Source: the human T2T-CHM13v2.0 reference genome, Homo sapiens. Taken from it: a stretch of 64,000 nt of DNA. This document shows positions 26,304 through 39,129 of the stretch, one piece after another. The position numbers and the translations under genes are program-made. The notes under the pieces are model-generated. The model saw nothing but the letters and a program-made list of their open reading frames with translations. It had not been told where the DNA came from and did not search any database. Every line of letters starts with the position of its first letter. The stretch's first letter is position 1. The stretch is from assembly GCF_009914755.1 (NCBI RefSeq), contig NC_060925.1; one strand, written 5' to 3'.

Positions 26304-27424
26304 CTGAAGCAGCCACACAGTGAGTCAAAGGAAATGGCCATGAGGAGTGTCCAGCCCTTTCTCTCAGCCCAGACCCCTTGGAACCCACATCCCTTTGGGC
26401 CAGCAGGAGGCAGGCACCCTGTGTACACACACACACACACACACACACATGCCCCTCCAGCAGTCATCTTTCCCATGGGCTGCCTCTGCTCTTCAGCCTC
26501 TAGGAGATGGCACCCCAGAATTGCCCGAGTTTCTGAACCAAGACTGAGGACGCACCCTTCCGAGCTCCCTCAGGGGAAAGATGGGTGGTTTTCGAGTGAA
26601 TGCCCATCTAAGTGAACACTTTATGGTATCCTGTTTTTCGTGGGGCAAGAGCTTCCATTTTACTGCTTTTCTTCACATCCAAACAGCCCTTTTCTAATAC
26701 CCACTCCCAGCGTACGCCTGAAGAGTCATGAATTCAATTACAGTTGACAGTCTAAAAGGTAAGACCTTCCATTTATTTAGCATCCCTCAGCACCAGGCAC
26801 TATGCTAAGCAATTTGCATATACAGTGCTAACTCATTTCGGCTGCATGACTCTAGGAGATAAGGGCAGCAGCTATCCCCTCTTCAGAGATGAAGAGACTT
26901 ACACCCAAGGCCATCTATTTAGTAAGCAGCATGACCATCATCTCAATATGGGTCTATTTGGACCCGAAGTTAGCGCCCTTGACCACAACCCTATCCCCCC
27001 TACTAAAATGTCTGTGTTTCAAGTGAGGCTTGGCCACGGGACATGGTGGTATTTGGGTCTTCTGGACCAGGTGGGTCTTCACCCTACCTAACCAGCTGCA
27101 AGGTAGGGGTGGTGAGTAGCATTACCAGGAGGGAAACAGAAGAAAATGGGGGAAACCAGGGTGTTAACTGCATCAGAGAGACAGGGCTTGCAAACTAGCT
27201 AGAGAAGAGGCAGGGCCTGGGTGAAGAAAAGGCAGAGGGAAGAAAAGAACAAGAACTCCCCAAGATCATCATGTCAATCCTCCTGCCTCCAGGCAGACTG
27301 TTTCTAACCCACCCCAGGAAGAAAAGCCTCTTTCCTATCTAAAAATTCCTGAGCAGATTGCTCCCGCAGCGCCTACTCTTCTAATGCCTGAGTTATTTAT
27401 ATTTACACGTCTGTTTTTAAATCC

Positions 27425-27720
27425 TGCTGGGCACAGTGGCTCATGCCTGTAATCCCAGCAGTTTGGGAGTCTGAGGCAGGAGGATCACTTGAGCTCAGGA
27501 GTTAGAGACCAGCCCGGCCAACACAGGGAGACCCTGTCTCTACAAAAAATACAAAAACTAGCCAAGCATGGTGGTTCATGACTGTGGTCCCAGCTACTCA
27601 GGAGGCTGAGGTGGGAGGATTGCTTGAGCCCGGGGCAGTCAAGGCTGCAGTGAGCTGTGACTGCGCCACTGCACTCCAACCTGGGCAACAGAGCAAGACC
27701 CCATCCCAAGAGGAAAAAAA
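27425..27720 (+). mobile_element. Alu
   Basis: GCTGGGCACAGTGGCTCATGCCTGTAATCCCAGCA through A tail. Confidence 0.9.
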
Positions 27721-27935
27721 ATCCTTTCAGTCATAAAACACCTGTGTCTAACTGAAGTCTCCCAAGCTTCAGCTTTAACTCCTTCCCCTGTGAGATGAAC
27801 CTAAAGCGTCCCATTATCTTCATCCTGAAACTTAGAGTCTGTTATCAATGGCTGGAACCTTTGCTTTTGTCTCGAGGCCAACTCCTCATCTTTAGTCACA
27901 TCCCAATCCCTGCCAGCTCAGGGGCCCTTCTTCAC

Positions 27936-28031
27936 CTGGGTGTCCAAATTGAGCTGCTCCCAGAGGTCATCGTGCAGGGCAGAGACCTCAGACTCGAGGT
28001 GCTCATACTCTATGGTGCTGTTTGTCAGGGC
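27936..28031 (-). CDS. PLEKHA6: PLEKHA6 exon ALTNSTIEYEHLESEVSALHDDLWEQLNLDTQ
   Basis: 96 nt, phase 0/0. Confidence 0.95.
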
Positions 28032-28329
28032 CTACGGGGGAAAAAGGCGTTCACTGAGAAAGCCGCCATCACCAAGGCATTCCTCCTTATCCTGCAATGG
28101 ACCCTGGGGCCAGGGTACCAGAGGCACAAAGATCTGGGGAAGAGGGCATGGAGGGACCGAAGGAGAGGGGCACCAGGCTGAGACATTCTGGTGACAGCCA
28201 AACATTAGCCTTACAAGAGATGTAACAGCCCATCCCACCACCAACTGAAATAAAGAGAAAATGGAGAGGGATGATATCACTTCCATACCCTCCTATTCTC
28301 CCCAGATCAGCGGATAAAAAGTAGAGGGC

Positions 28330-28540
28330 ATAGCCTGGGGAAAATGACAAGACCCCATCTCTACAAATTACAAAAGTTAGCTGGGCATGGTGGCGCACCC
28401 CTGTAGTCCTGGCGACTTGGGGGCTGAGGCAGGAGATCACTTGAGCCCTGGAGGTCAAGATTGCAGTGAGCTGTGTTTGTGCTACTGCACTCCAGCCTGG
28501 GTGACACAGTGAGACCCTGTCCTTAAAAAAAAAAAAAAAT
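28330..28540 (+). mobile_element. 5'-truncated Alu
   Basis: Linker, right arm and A tail. Confidence 0.82.
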
Positions 28541-28727
28541 TTAAGTGGAGGTCAAAGAGAAAAGAGCCTGAAGGAGGATATTTATTATTCGGAGGTTAGA
28601 GAGCTTCCTCCTTTCCGAGCCACACTTTCACGGGGCTTTTTCTGCTGCTTCTTGGAGCCATTCTCCAAGCAGTCTGTGTCGGAAGGTCTGCCCTTACCTG
28701 CTGGGAAGTAGTGACCAGGGCAGCAGC

Positions 28728-29030
<303 letters not shown>

Positions 29031-29396
29031 GCAGCAGCCTTTTTGCCAGTGCTTTGCTTCTCCGAGGGAGAAGACAGAAGTGGGCAGCAGAGGTGTTAGC
29101 ACAGCCAAGGAAATAAGTAACTCACAACTTCATGCTGTCCCAAAGAAATCCAGGTACAGGTATAGTTTGTGGGAAATAAGCTCATTTCCTCGGTGGAGAC
29201 TGGAATGAGCAGACTGGCTGACTTGCTATTTATTTGCAGGGCAATATTGAGGTCTTTGTTTATGCCCCTCTGCACGGGAGTACTCAGCTCTTGTCCTCTG
29301 AGGAAAACTGGACTAGGACAGCACAAGCTGGGAGGTGGTGGCCCTGCTGCCTAGTGCTGATGAGGTGGGGTGCACGAACCCCGCTCCCTGGGTTAC

Positions 29397-29546
29397 CGTG
29401 GTCGCCTGAGACAGCTCCACGCGGATGTTGATGAGCTGGTTCTGCAGTGAATCCTTTTTGTGTCGCAGCTTTTCTGGGTAGGCGGGCTGGCTTCCAAACA
29501 TCTCCAGCTCCTGGTGGGTCCCCATCAAGGCACTTTCCAGGCTCTC
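29397..29546 (-). CDS. PLEKHA6: PLEKHA6 exon ESLESALMGTHQELEMF...IRVELSQATT (coiled coil)
   Basis: 150 nt, phase 0/0. Confidence 0.95.
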
Positions 29547-29759
29547 CTGAAGAAAGGCAGGGGAATGACATGAGCAGCCCTGACAGCTCCTCTCTGGGAT
29601 TGAACAGCAGAGGCCTGAGCCCTTAGAGGTTCAACAGGCAGCTGAGTGGAAGCTGTCCTTGCTTTGTCATCTCAGTCAGGTTGGAGACAGCAGCCCACAA
29701 CCTTCTCCAAGCCAGCCTCGCCCATCTGCCCCAGCTTAAAGCCACCCCCAGCTTCTCAC

Positions 29760-29840
29760 CTTCTCAGCTCGGAGCTGCTGCACCAGCCGGTCCTGCTCCC
29801 TCACCACCTTGTTCTGCTCACACAATTTTCCCAGCAGCTT
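29760..29840 (-). CDS. PLEKHA6: PLEKHA6 exon KLLGKLCEQNKVVREQDRLVQQLRAEK (coiled coil)
   Basis: 81 nt, phase 0/0, donor GTGAGA. Confidence 0.95.
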
Positions 29841-31121
29841 CTAGGGACCCAGAGAGTGGAGAAGGAGAGGGAGAAAGAAGGGGATGAAGGACATAGTTTG
29901 ATGGGGACCTGGGAGTTATAGGCCTGGCCTCTGGATACCCCCCTCCTTTCTCCTGCTGAGGAACCCTGGGCCTTCACCTTGCCCTTGGTGGCTCCTGAGA
30001 ACAAGAAGATGGGTCTTCATCTTGGGAGGTGAGGTATGCTTACTCTCTGAGGAAGTGAGTTGGGTTAAGAGGGCTGAGAGCCAAGTGTTAAACTCTGGCA
30101 CCCCCATCCTTCCAAGGGTTGCAATTCACAAAGGACTGAGGAGATGATATGACCTCACCTCCTAGGCTGGACTGAAGAGGTGGGCCGGGTGTCAGAACAA
30201 GCAGTCTTAGAAAAGCAGTGAGCAATAGAAACTGTCCCTCAATCCCACAGAACCTTCTCCCTTCTCTCTCAAGATCCTGTTCTTCCCTCCTCCCTTCAAG
30301 GTCTCAGGATGGCTGATCCTCCCTCTGAGGTCTAGTCCTGTCAGGAAGGATCCTCTCCCAGTCTCACTGGGCAGATCCACTACCCAAGCAGGGCCAGTGG
30401 TGATGGGGAGCAGACAGGTGAGGCCAGAAAGAGGGCTCATGCTTTCCTAGTCCGCACCTTTATTCATGCCATTCCTCAAATACCTGCTTTGCTCCTTTCC
30501 ACTGAGCCAGATTTTACCCTCTGGGCCTTTTAACTTCAAGGCCTAACTCACATGCTGCTTGTTTTGTCCCTGACCTTCAGCCCACACGGCCTCACTTCCC
30601 TGCACCTGGCAGAACCTATTATGGCTCCCCTTCACTACATGAATACCGTGTTGCCACCTCCTGCTGCTACCTGGCACTTCCCACTACCCTGAAGCTCCCT
30701 GAAGGCAGGGGCATAGCCGTATTCTCCTTTCTAGTTACCTGTAGGGACTAATGCCATGCTGGGCACAGAATAGACTGACTGATCTATCTCCCAACAAAGT
30801 CTGCATTCATGTTACAAGCAGATCTCACTGCCGTAGGCAAAACGGCCCAGCGCTCAGTGGAGAAATGGATACAGCCAGCATGGGAGGGAAGGGTGAGTGG
30901 GTGGTAGATCAGAAAAGAAGGGGGATGAGGAGGAGGTAGGCAGAATCTTGTTGTGGTGAGAGAAGACATGAATCAAAGGTATGAAAAGCCACCAGAAGGA
31001 GAGAGAGAGATGGAGAGACAGCCCCCGCAGAGGAAGAGAGATGGATGGAGAGACAGCCCCCCGCAGAGGACAGCAGCAGGAGGCTGGAGTGGAGGGAGGG
31101 AGCAGGGGGCGCTGCTCTTAC

Positions 31122-31190
31122 ATCTGTGTCTTGCTCGTTTAACTTGTAGGTGTGGAGGCTGTCCCGGAACACTTCTGGGTATGGAGGGAC
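31122..31190 (-). CDS. PLEKHA6: PLEKHA6 exon VPPYPEVFRDSLHTYKLNEQDTD
   Basis: 69 nt, phase 0/0, canonical sites. Confidence 0.95.
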
Positions 31191-32106
31191 CTGCAGGAAC
31201 ATGAGGCCGGTTACTGCAGCAGGGGCAGGATGAGGGTATGCAGGGATAGGAAGCTAACATCACAATCCCGCTGTGCTCCTGCCAGAGACCATGGTCCATC
31301 ACCTCTGGTAGCTTCTGTTCCAGGGACCTGAGCTCATTCCACATCCCCTGGCTGGAAGCCTGGGATGGCCCGGCCTAACCCCATCCCAGTTGTCCTAGGC
31401 TGACTCCGGAGAGATCAGAACTCTGCTTGAGTCATGCTCTGTATTTCCTCTCCCCCAAGCACTAGGGTCAGCTGCTAAGAGCGACTGCAGGGTGTGCAGC
31501 TCCCAGTGGCTTGTTGGTAACCACCATGAGAACATCAGTGAACTCCATGGCTGTCTGTGGGGTTAAGACATAGGGGAATGGTCGGAATGAGCATTGGGAA
31601 CAGTTGAAAACTATTGCCCTAGTAGACTGAACACCTGGGCTTGTGTCTAAACAAAAATTGGCAAGAATTCAGAAGCGTCCCCGGATCCAGTAAATGCTGC
31701 CTAGCCTGGACGCCACATCTGGTGACCACAGCACATTCTATACACCTTTGACATTAGATGGTTCCATTACACCCCTCATGCCTTTAACCCCAGTGACGTC
31801 TGTCAAGATATTACAAATATGAAATCGAAATCAGAACATTCAAGAGCAGAGTTGCGATCCCCAGCATGGCATGAGATGTTGGTGCTGGCTATTTTGATGG
31901 TTTGGGAAATGGGCCTTGGGTTTACCCATGAAAGTGAAGAATGGAGGTGACATAGTGGAATTAAGGAAGGAAGACCAGGCCAAGCCTGTCTCCAGGCAGA
32001 TGAGCGGGTTGGGTGGCGTGAGCCTCATCCTAGATGGGCAACTCGACCATGCACAAGCAGCTGAAATGGCATTGGCAGGGACCATGCTGCCAGGCAGAGG
32101 TCTTAC

Positions 32107-32187
32107 TTGCATGAAGAGTTGGGACCTGGGGGAGGAGTTTTCCACCATGCGGTTCACCATACTGATGAGAGTCTCGCTCTCACTCAT
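32107..32187 (-). CDS. PLEKHA6: PLEKHA6 cassette exon MSESETLISMVNRMVENSSPRSQLFMQ (27 aa)
   Basis: 81 nt, phase 0/0, acceptor ctgctgcag, donor GTAAGA; resembles PLEKHA5 MxENExIITMVxxMIENS. Confidence 0.87.
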
Positions 32188-34013
32188 CTGCAGCAGAGGA
32201 AGGAACGGACTATTCACACTCCGACCTACATGTAGGTATCTCCCCTTCACCCACCTGTGCTTGTTTCCCAGGAAACAGGGGAGGGCAGCTCCCCCAGCAC
32301 CCTGAGCTTGCCCTCACTCCTTGCTCACCCCTAGTGACCTCTGTTTCAGGACCAGCACTGAAGCTGTCCTTGCAGAAAGGCCACAGAAGGGGCCGGGAGG
32401 CCACTGGGACCTTGCTGGAGGCACTGCAGAGGCTGGGGCCTGGTGACTCTTCCCCAGGGTGCCTGGCTGTTGTCCCATCTGCACTGGCCACGGTTGTCAT
32501 CTCCCTGCCCTGATCTCATTTCTCACACCACTTTTGACAAAGACCATAGAGGCAGTTGGAAGACTGATCTCCCCAAAGTTGAACTAAGTGAAACAACCAA
32601 AAAAGAAAATCTAGGACCTGCTCTTTGGATGGGCCGCCACAGATACAGAGGCCTGCCCCCTCTCCCTGCCCCTGCCCCTCCCCACCCTCGGCTCTAGTGC
32701 AGAAAGTGCTAAACACGGTTTCCAGAGCTGGGCTGGCAGCATCCATGAGGATCTCGGATGACGCTAGGGAGCAAACAAGGAGGCCAAAACAAGCAAGCCA
32801 CATTAAAGGGACACCAGGCTTTCCAACACATTCTTTCTATTTCAAGAATCCTTAGGAACATGGAGGTGGAAAGACTATTTGCCAATTTAAAAAGAGAGAA
32901 ATGGAAGAAGGGATGGGATGAGGAGGAAGAGGAAGGGAAAGGAGGGGTGGGAGAAAGGGCAGGCCAACCAATCAACCAGAAATGCCATCATTTCCCCCAC
33001 TGGTTCCAATGGGAAAGGACCAAAAAGTGAAGATATCAGGGAATGTCTTTGGCTGTGTCCCTTTAACTCCATTGTTCTACAGGGGAAGGCAGCAGAAGAC
33101 AGAGGGGGTTGTGCAGGGAAAGCTTTCTGGAAGGGAAAGTGAATGAGAAAGGGAGGAAAGAGCCACATTAGGGAAGATTATCTGGGGTTTCTGTTCAGAG
33201 GGTCCCCTGTGATTTTTCCGTCATCTCTCCAATCTCAGTTGCACCCACACTGTCCTTTCTTCCTCTTACCCCTTTTAGGCAGCGGCCCAAATACAGCCTT
33301 GCTTCTACATGTTGTAGGCAGGGCAAGGGCACCCACCATCCCATTTGCAGGGTCTGCAGCATTTCAAAAGGCTTTCCTAGGAACTGATTTTTCTACCTCT
33401 TTAGCCCTGTAATGCAAGGGCCTTGAGGGCCAGGAGCCATCCATGCACAGTAACCTGTAGGTATCTCATTCCTTCCCCAACACGCAGATCCAGAGCAGTA
33501 GAGGAAGCGAGCAGGAGTGTTCTCATCCTGGCCTGCTCCCGCCTGTGCTGCGGCTTTGGGGATCTTTCAGCACAGGTGGGTCTTACCTCTAGGAGGATTC
33601 TTGTGTGCTACCTTCTGTCTCTTCAAAATGTTAGATTTTGTAAGAAACTACCTAACCCAGTGCCTCACACATGGTAAGGAGTGCTCATTGATATTTTTGA
33701 GTTTGGGAAAAACAAAATAATAACAGCAGCAAGTGGTGACTGTCACTCCTTGCGATGCCTGACAAAGAGCTCACATATGCACCCCTGCTTGATTCTCCCA
33801 ATACATCTGTGAGGTTGAAAGGAAAGGGCAGATTCTACAATGCCCATTTTATGATTGAGAAAACAAAGACCCAGAGAAACTAAGTGACATTTCCAAGATT
33901 AAAAAAAAAACAAACTTCCTTGTAAATGGCAGAGCTAGAACTAGAGCAGCAGTGTCTGACTATGTCCTGGACTCTTCTCATCATACAAGACTGCCTTTTA
34001 AGAGTACTACCTA

Positions 34014-34450
34014 CGTGAACCCTGGGGGCGAAGCCTACAGTGAGCCGAGATCGCGCCACTGCACTCCAGCCTGGGTGAAAGGGCGAGACTCCTTCTCAAA
34101 AAAAAGAGTACTACACTTGGCCAGCTACAGTGGCTCATGCCTATAACCCTAGCACTTTGAGAGGCAGAGGTGAGAGGATCACTTGAGGCTGGGAGTTTGA
34201 GACCAGCCTGGCCAGTACAGTGGGACACCCATCTCTACAAAAAAAAATTTTTTAATTAGCCAGGTGTGGTGGCTGCACACCTGTCTGTAGTCCTAGCTGC
34301 TCAGGAGGCTGAGGTGGGAGGATCACTTCAGCCTGGGAGGTGGAGGTTGCAGTGAGCTAGGTTTGTGCCACTATACTCTAGCCTAGGCAACAGAGTGAGA
34401 TCTTGTCTCAAAAAAAAAAAAAAAAAAACAAAAACAAACAAACAAACAAA
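34014..34450 (+). mobile_element. Short AluY-like 3' fragment (~34014-34105, TSD AAGAGTACTAC) followed by a full older Alu (~34119-34450)
   Basis: CpG-rich GAGCCGAGATCGCGCCACTG fragment with flanking duplication; second Alu has an A/CAAA tail. Confidence 0.85.
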
Positions 34451-35129
34451 AAGGAATAATACCCTTTATCCATGAGGGAGTCTTCTGGAAGGCTAGTTCT
34501 GAAGCCCCTAGCCTAATGGACCAGCCCCTCTGTGAGGGCAAAAGCCCGCAGGAAGGGACCCTGCTGTCTGCACTGAATGCTTGGACAGCTGGGCATTGTG
34601 GATGGAGTAGAAAGCCAATCACATGGGTGACAGGGAGGATAGCTTGCTCAGGAATCCGGAGGTGGGTGGGCCATGAGCCCTGCTCCTCACCCCTGCAAGG
34701 CACTTTGGATCTTGTTTCCCATCAGCAGGATCCTGGACTTCCCGGCCCTGCTCAGAGTTGGAATCCTGGGATCTGTTCCCACATGGCCCAGAATGCTCAT
34801 GGTGTGGACACAATGAGCTGCTTCTGGAGCTGGAATGCCACGGCCTCCAGGGCCAGGAGCCATCCCTGTTTATTGAACTGTGGACATTGGTGCTTCCTAG
34901 TGCCTGAGGCCTATTACAAAATCGAATTGCGACACCGACATGAAGCCCTGGTGAGATGGGTCACATGGCTTGTGACTAGAAGAACCAACAGTTGCAGCTA
35001 TAGCATCTCATTTAAAATTTTTTTTTTCTGTAACTTTAAGAGCATGAACTCATCCTAATGAGGTTTGACAGCAGCTTTGTCACACATTAGATGTTTCCTC
35101 AGCTGTAAACTGGGTCAGAAGCTTGGAGT

Positions 35130-35345
35130 CACTGTCCAAGCTCGGCTGTTCACTGGCTGTGTGTTCTTGGCATGTTATTCAACCTCTCTGTGCTTTAGTT
35201 TCCTCAGCTGTAAAATGGGGGTAATAATAGCATCCATCTTACAGGGTTATAGTGAAGATTAAATGAGTTAAGATCTGAAAAATGCTTAGAATAGTATGGG
35301 GCATGGAGGAGGCATCCAATTATTGTAGCTGTTGTTATTATTATT
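35130..35345. mobile_element. MIR; similar MIR fragments at ~7515-7660, 10440-10625, 26770-27000, 41350-41580 and 45920-46150
   Basis: MIR core AGTTTCCTCAGCTGTAAAATGGGGGTAATAATAG. Confidence 0.7.
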
Positions 35346-36197
35346 ATTATTTCCACCCCTCCAGGCTGCCTCCACAGGACAGTGTTGTGTACTTCTAGGT
35401 CGTGGTTTGTAGCACAGATCTAAACTTAAGAGTATGTGCTTATATAAATACCCAGCATATTGACCCCCAGCCTGTCTAAACTCAGTCTCACAGCTCCCTT
35501 AGCTTAAAAGACAAGAAAGGGTTAGAACCCCGGAGCAGAGACCAGGCAGCCACTGCTTGCAGCTCATGGAACATTCACTGCCTCTTCAGCTTGCTCACCT
35601 GTAAAACTGGGTTGATAATACTCCCTCTGTTTGCACTGAATTCTCAGGAATGCACGAGCTGTTTATGCAAAAGGGCTTTTGGAGGAACTAATGAATACAC
35701 TGAGTGAATATTACTTTAAAAATCATCCTAGGGAGGGTCTGCAGGCCTCAGTTTACCAATTATGGAGTTTAACAACAACCTGTAAAATATGATAAGATGA
35801 TTTCCCAGATTCAGGCTGAACTAAATCCCTAGCATTTTAGGCCCAGCCTAGAGCTCCCTCGACTCTGCGACTCCCTCCTCTCGCCAGAAAAAATGCAAAT
35901 TCCCACCTGCCCCCTGGGGGCAGTTCCATCTGAGCTGAGCACTGGAGAAATAAGAGGTGGCATTAATTATTCATGTGCCTACTTATTATGCTTCTTTCCC
36001 CAGGAAACTCCCAGCTGTCCTAAAGGGCTTTGAAGAGAAGGGGTGTGTAGGCGCAAACCAAAACATAAGCCACTTTGTTGTGTCCTGCTTGCACCAACAA
36101 AGGTTGTCAAATGGCTGGAAGATGAGGAGGTGGGGAGGAGTGGAGAGATGCGACAGGAAGGCAGTGGGATGATAAGGGGGGCACCAGCTCTGCCTAC

Positions 36198-36251
36198 CTG
36201 CTGATCCAAATACTCTAGGTTTCTTTGCAACTGAAGATCTAAAAGTTCATC
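36198..36251 (-). CDS. PLEKHA6: PLEKHA6 cassette exon DELLDLQLQRNLEYLDQQ (18 aa)
   Basis: 54 nt, phase 0/0, donor CAG/GTAGGC; resembles the LQRNxxYLDxQ segment of long PLEKHA5/7 isoforms. Confidence 0.85.
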
Positions 36252-37373
36252 CTACCCGGAGCCCGAGGCCCAGAGGCCAAACAGCAACACAAACAAACAG
36301 GAACACACAAAAGAAAACAATAAAAAAAGAAGCAAAGCAGTTAAGAGTTAGCGACAAGGACAAGGAGAGGCTTCTCCCTCTGCCCTTGAGGAGTTCTCAG
36401 GAAGGGAGGGGTTGAGGATGTGGGCAGGCAAAGTAGTTCTCTACTGGACACTCCAGGAGAGGAGGGGCACACGCAGACCCCAGTGCCATCTCTCCTAGGT
36501 CTGCCTAGGCCTCCCTGGGAGAGGTGAGTGTCATCAGAGCAATTTAGGCAGCACTTGTTAGCAGCTGTTTCTGAGTTTTCTGGAAAAATCGGTTGTTTCT
36601 GGGTGCGTGTGTTTGCTGTGGGCAAAGCTTATATGCTGTGGACACTGGCAGAGTGAGAATCAGACAGAGAGGGGAAGGAGCAGCCGCCTAGCCTCCAGCC
36701 TGCCCAGCCCTCCTCCACTCTGGCCTCCTGGTACTGTTATGGAAATGAGTCAGCAACAGGCTTTCTGGAAAAGGATTCTGCCTGTTGGTCCCAGTGGTCC
36801 TCCCCAACCCTCCCAAGTGGAGCATCTTATCTAGGTCTCTAGGTGGTGGCAAAAGTTCTCAGGAGAACAAATTCCAGGGAGAGACACGAGTAGAAAGAGG
36901 CAGAGAAAAAGGAGGAGATGCAATTCGGAAAATTTTTTCTTCCTCAATCATATCGCTTGTATCTCTCCCCAAAAGTGGCATTCCAGGCAAAGGACAAACA
37001 TGAAATAACTATGCTTCAGGGGAAAAAAGTTTAGAAGATCTTGCTTCTTGTTAGGAGCTCTGGCCTGATTTTTCCTGCCTAGGCCCCTTCTCCTGCATGC
37101 TGGAGAGGAGAGGGACCAGGATATTACATGCTCCCAGATCTCATCCCTCCTCCACGGGCTGTGTCACAGAGGAGAAGGGGTTATTGGCACCAAACTTGAT
37201 ACTGGGGCTAGAGTCCTGGCTGGGAGGGAGGAGGTATCCAGAGGCTGCTAAAAACCAGCCAGGCCAGGCACTAGGCACAGAGCGTCCCTGGAGTCCGCCC
37301 CAGTTTAGCTCCACCCTGAGTGGAGCACGGTGCGGGGAGGCCCTGAGACAGGTGGAGGGGAGAAAGGACGTAC

Positions 37374-37460
37374 CATCTTATCGTGGACCGTGGGGGATGG
37401 TGGGTAGTTGTAGGGGAACAGTCCTGCAGGGACTGGCCGCCTGTCTCCCAGGTAATCATA
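37374..37460 (-). CDS. PLEKHA6: PLEKHA6 cassette exon YDYLGDRRPVPAGLFPYNYPPSPTVHDKM (29 aa)
   Basis: 87 nt, phase 0/0, strong acceptor ctcttccag, donor GTACGT; DRRxVPAG resembles the PLEKHA5 paralogous segment. Confidence 0.85.
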
Positions 37461-37924
37461 CTGGAAGAGAAAGGGATCGCAGAGGTGAGGGGTCTGGCTG
37501 GGACACGGAGTTCCCCAACAGCTGAAGCTCAAGGTTAGAGGTATTTGTGTTCAGTTCCCAGAGCAGATCCCAAACTGAAATGGACAGCAGCCCCCCTTGC
37601 AATGATCTGTCCAGGTCCTCAAGATTTGAAAAGACAGAACCCTCTCTGCCCTCTTATATGACGGCATGGTATCTGGCACAACTTGGGGGCATGTACAGAA
37701 AGCAATGTCCCCACTCAAGAGGCAAAGCCATCCCCAAGACAGCTCTCCTACAGACAGAACCACAGGCCAGGGGCTCCGCTGGGCAGCACTGCTGGTCCTG
37801 CAGACAAACGGCCCAGTGGCCCCGTGGCACAGATGCTCCCACATCTCTGCCTTTTCTCAGTAGATGGTCTTAGGCTTCTGGGGACCTCAGGGGATGAGGA
37901 AGGAAGGGCAGGCTGGTGGCTCAC

Positions 37925-38441
37925 CTTGGGGGAGCTGATGGATCGCCTCATCACATAGGCAGCAGGGTCAGCATAGATGTCCTCACTGCGAGGTGGCAGC
38001 CGCTCAAAACGGGCACTGGGTGAGCGGACAGGGGAGTAAATGCGGGCACGGCTGTAGGAGCCCTGGCTGGGTGAGCGGGGCACAGAGTGGGAGCGGGGCT
38101 GCAGGGACAGGCGGCGCAGGGAGCTAGAGGCGGCATCCAGCTCATCATAATAGACTGGCTGCCGGGAGGGGCTTGGGATCCAGACGGTGGCATCCTGCCG
38201 CCCGTAGCTGGCGGGCTCCTTCCACTCTCGCAGCTGGTAGGCAGGGCCACCCCCATTGCGGAAGGCATGGCGCTTGTCCTCCAGGGCCCAGGGCGGGCTG
38301 ATCCGATCATAGGCCGGCATGGAACAGATGCTCTCCGGCCGCACTCCTGGCGGGTAGTACTGATAATCATCGGGGTACTGGGAGGAGTAGGGGCCATAGT
38401 ACTCAGGGACCCTGCGAGACACAGGATAGAACCTAGAGGGA
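37925..38441 (-). CDS. PLEKHA6: PLEKHA6 exon PSRFYPVSRR...MRRSISSPK
   Basis: 517 nt, phase 2/0, within ORF 37748-38788, donor GTGAGC. Confidence 0.96.
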
Positions 38442-38841
38442 CTGAGAGAGAGGGGACATTGTAATGAAGGCAGACAACACGGGCACCCCTCCACCCACCC
38501 CAGCCCCACCTCCAGGTCCCCCAGCCTAGAGCAGGGTGCTTGAATAGGTACACAGGGGCTGAGGTTTATTCCAGAGATGAGGGAAAGACTCCTGTCCTCA
38601 CAGCCCCCTTCCTCAAACAACTCCCCAAGGCTGGACACTGCACCATTCAGAGCTTCAATCTTTGCCTCTTTAAAATGACATATCCCTAGGAAGAAACGTG
38701 AAGCCTTATCAGCCATCTCCATCTCAGCATGAACCAGTTTATCAGATCTTTTCTGAGAGAGGCAAATAGAAGAAAGTCTACCAGGCACCTGAAGGAGGGC
38801 AATGTAGGAGGGATGAAAGAAAGGGCGGCTTCCTGATCTAT

Positions 38842-39003
38842 TTTATATTATTTTAGAGATGAGGTCCATTCTGTCACCAGCCTGGAATACAGTGGGGCCA
38901 TCAAGGCTCACTGCAGCCTTGAACTCCTGGGCTCAAGCAATCCTCCCACATCCACCTGTAGAGTAGTAGCTGGGACCACAGGTGTGAGCCACCATGCCCA
39001 GCT
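38842..39003 (-). mobile_element. Alu monomer (FLAM/FRAM-like)
   Basis: Single-arm Alu similarity. Confidence 0.75.
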
Positions 39004-39129
39004 TCCTGACTGTATGATCTTGTCAGGGACAGAACCAGTAGATTCTTGGGACTCATCCCAAGTGGTTCTCCCCAGAGCAGGCCTGATGCTCCCAGGCACC
39101 AGACCACCAGCAATGCGCAGCCGCTCAGG

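Noticed and set aside
33587-33620. Possible small exon with donor GAG/GTAAGA
   Set aside because: Weak acceptors giving 28 or 34 nt, not frame-preserving, and no other support
37748-38788. 346-aa ORF as an independent gene
   Set aside because: It is the 517-nt PLEKHA6 exon with read-through into flanking introns
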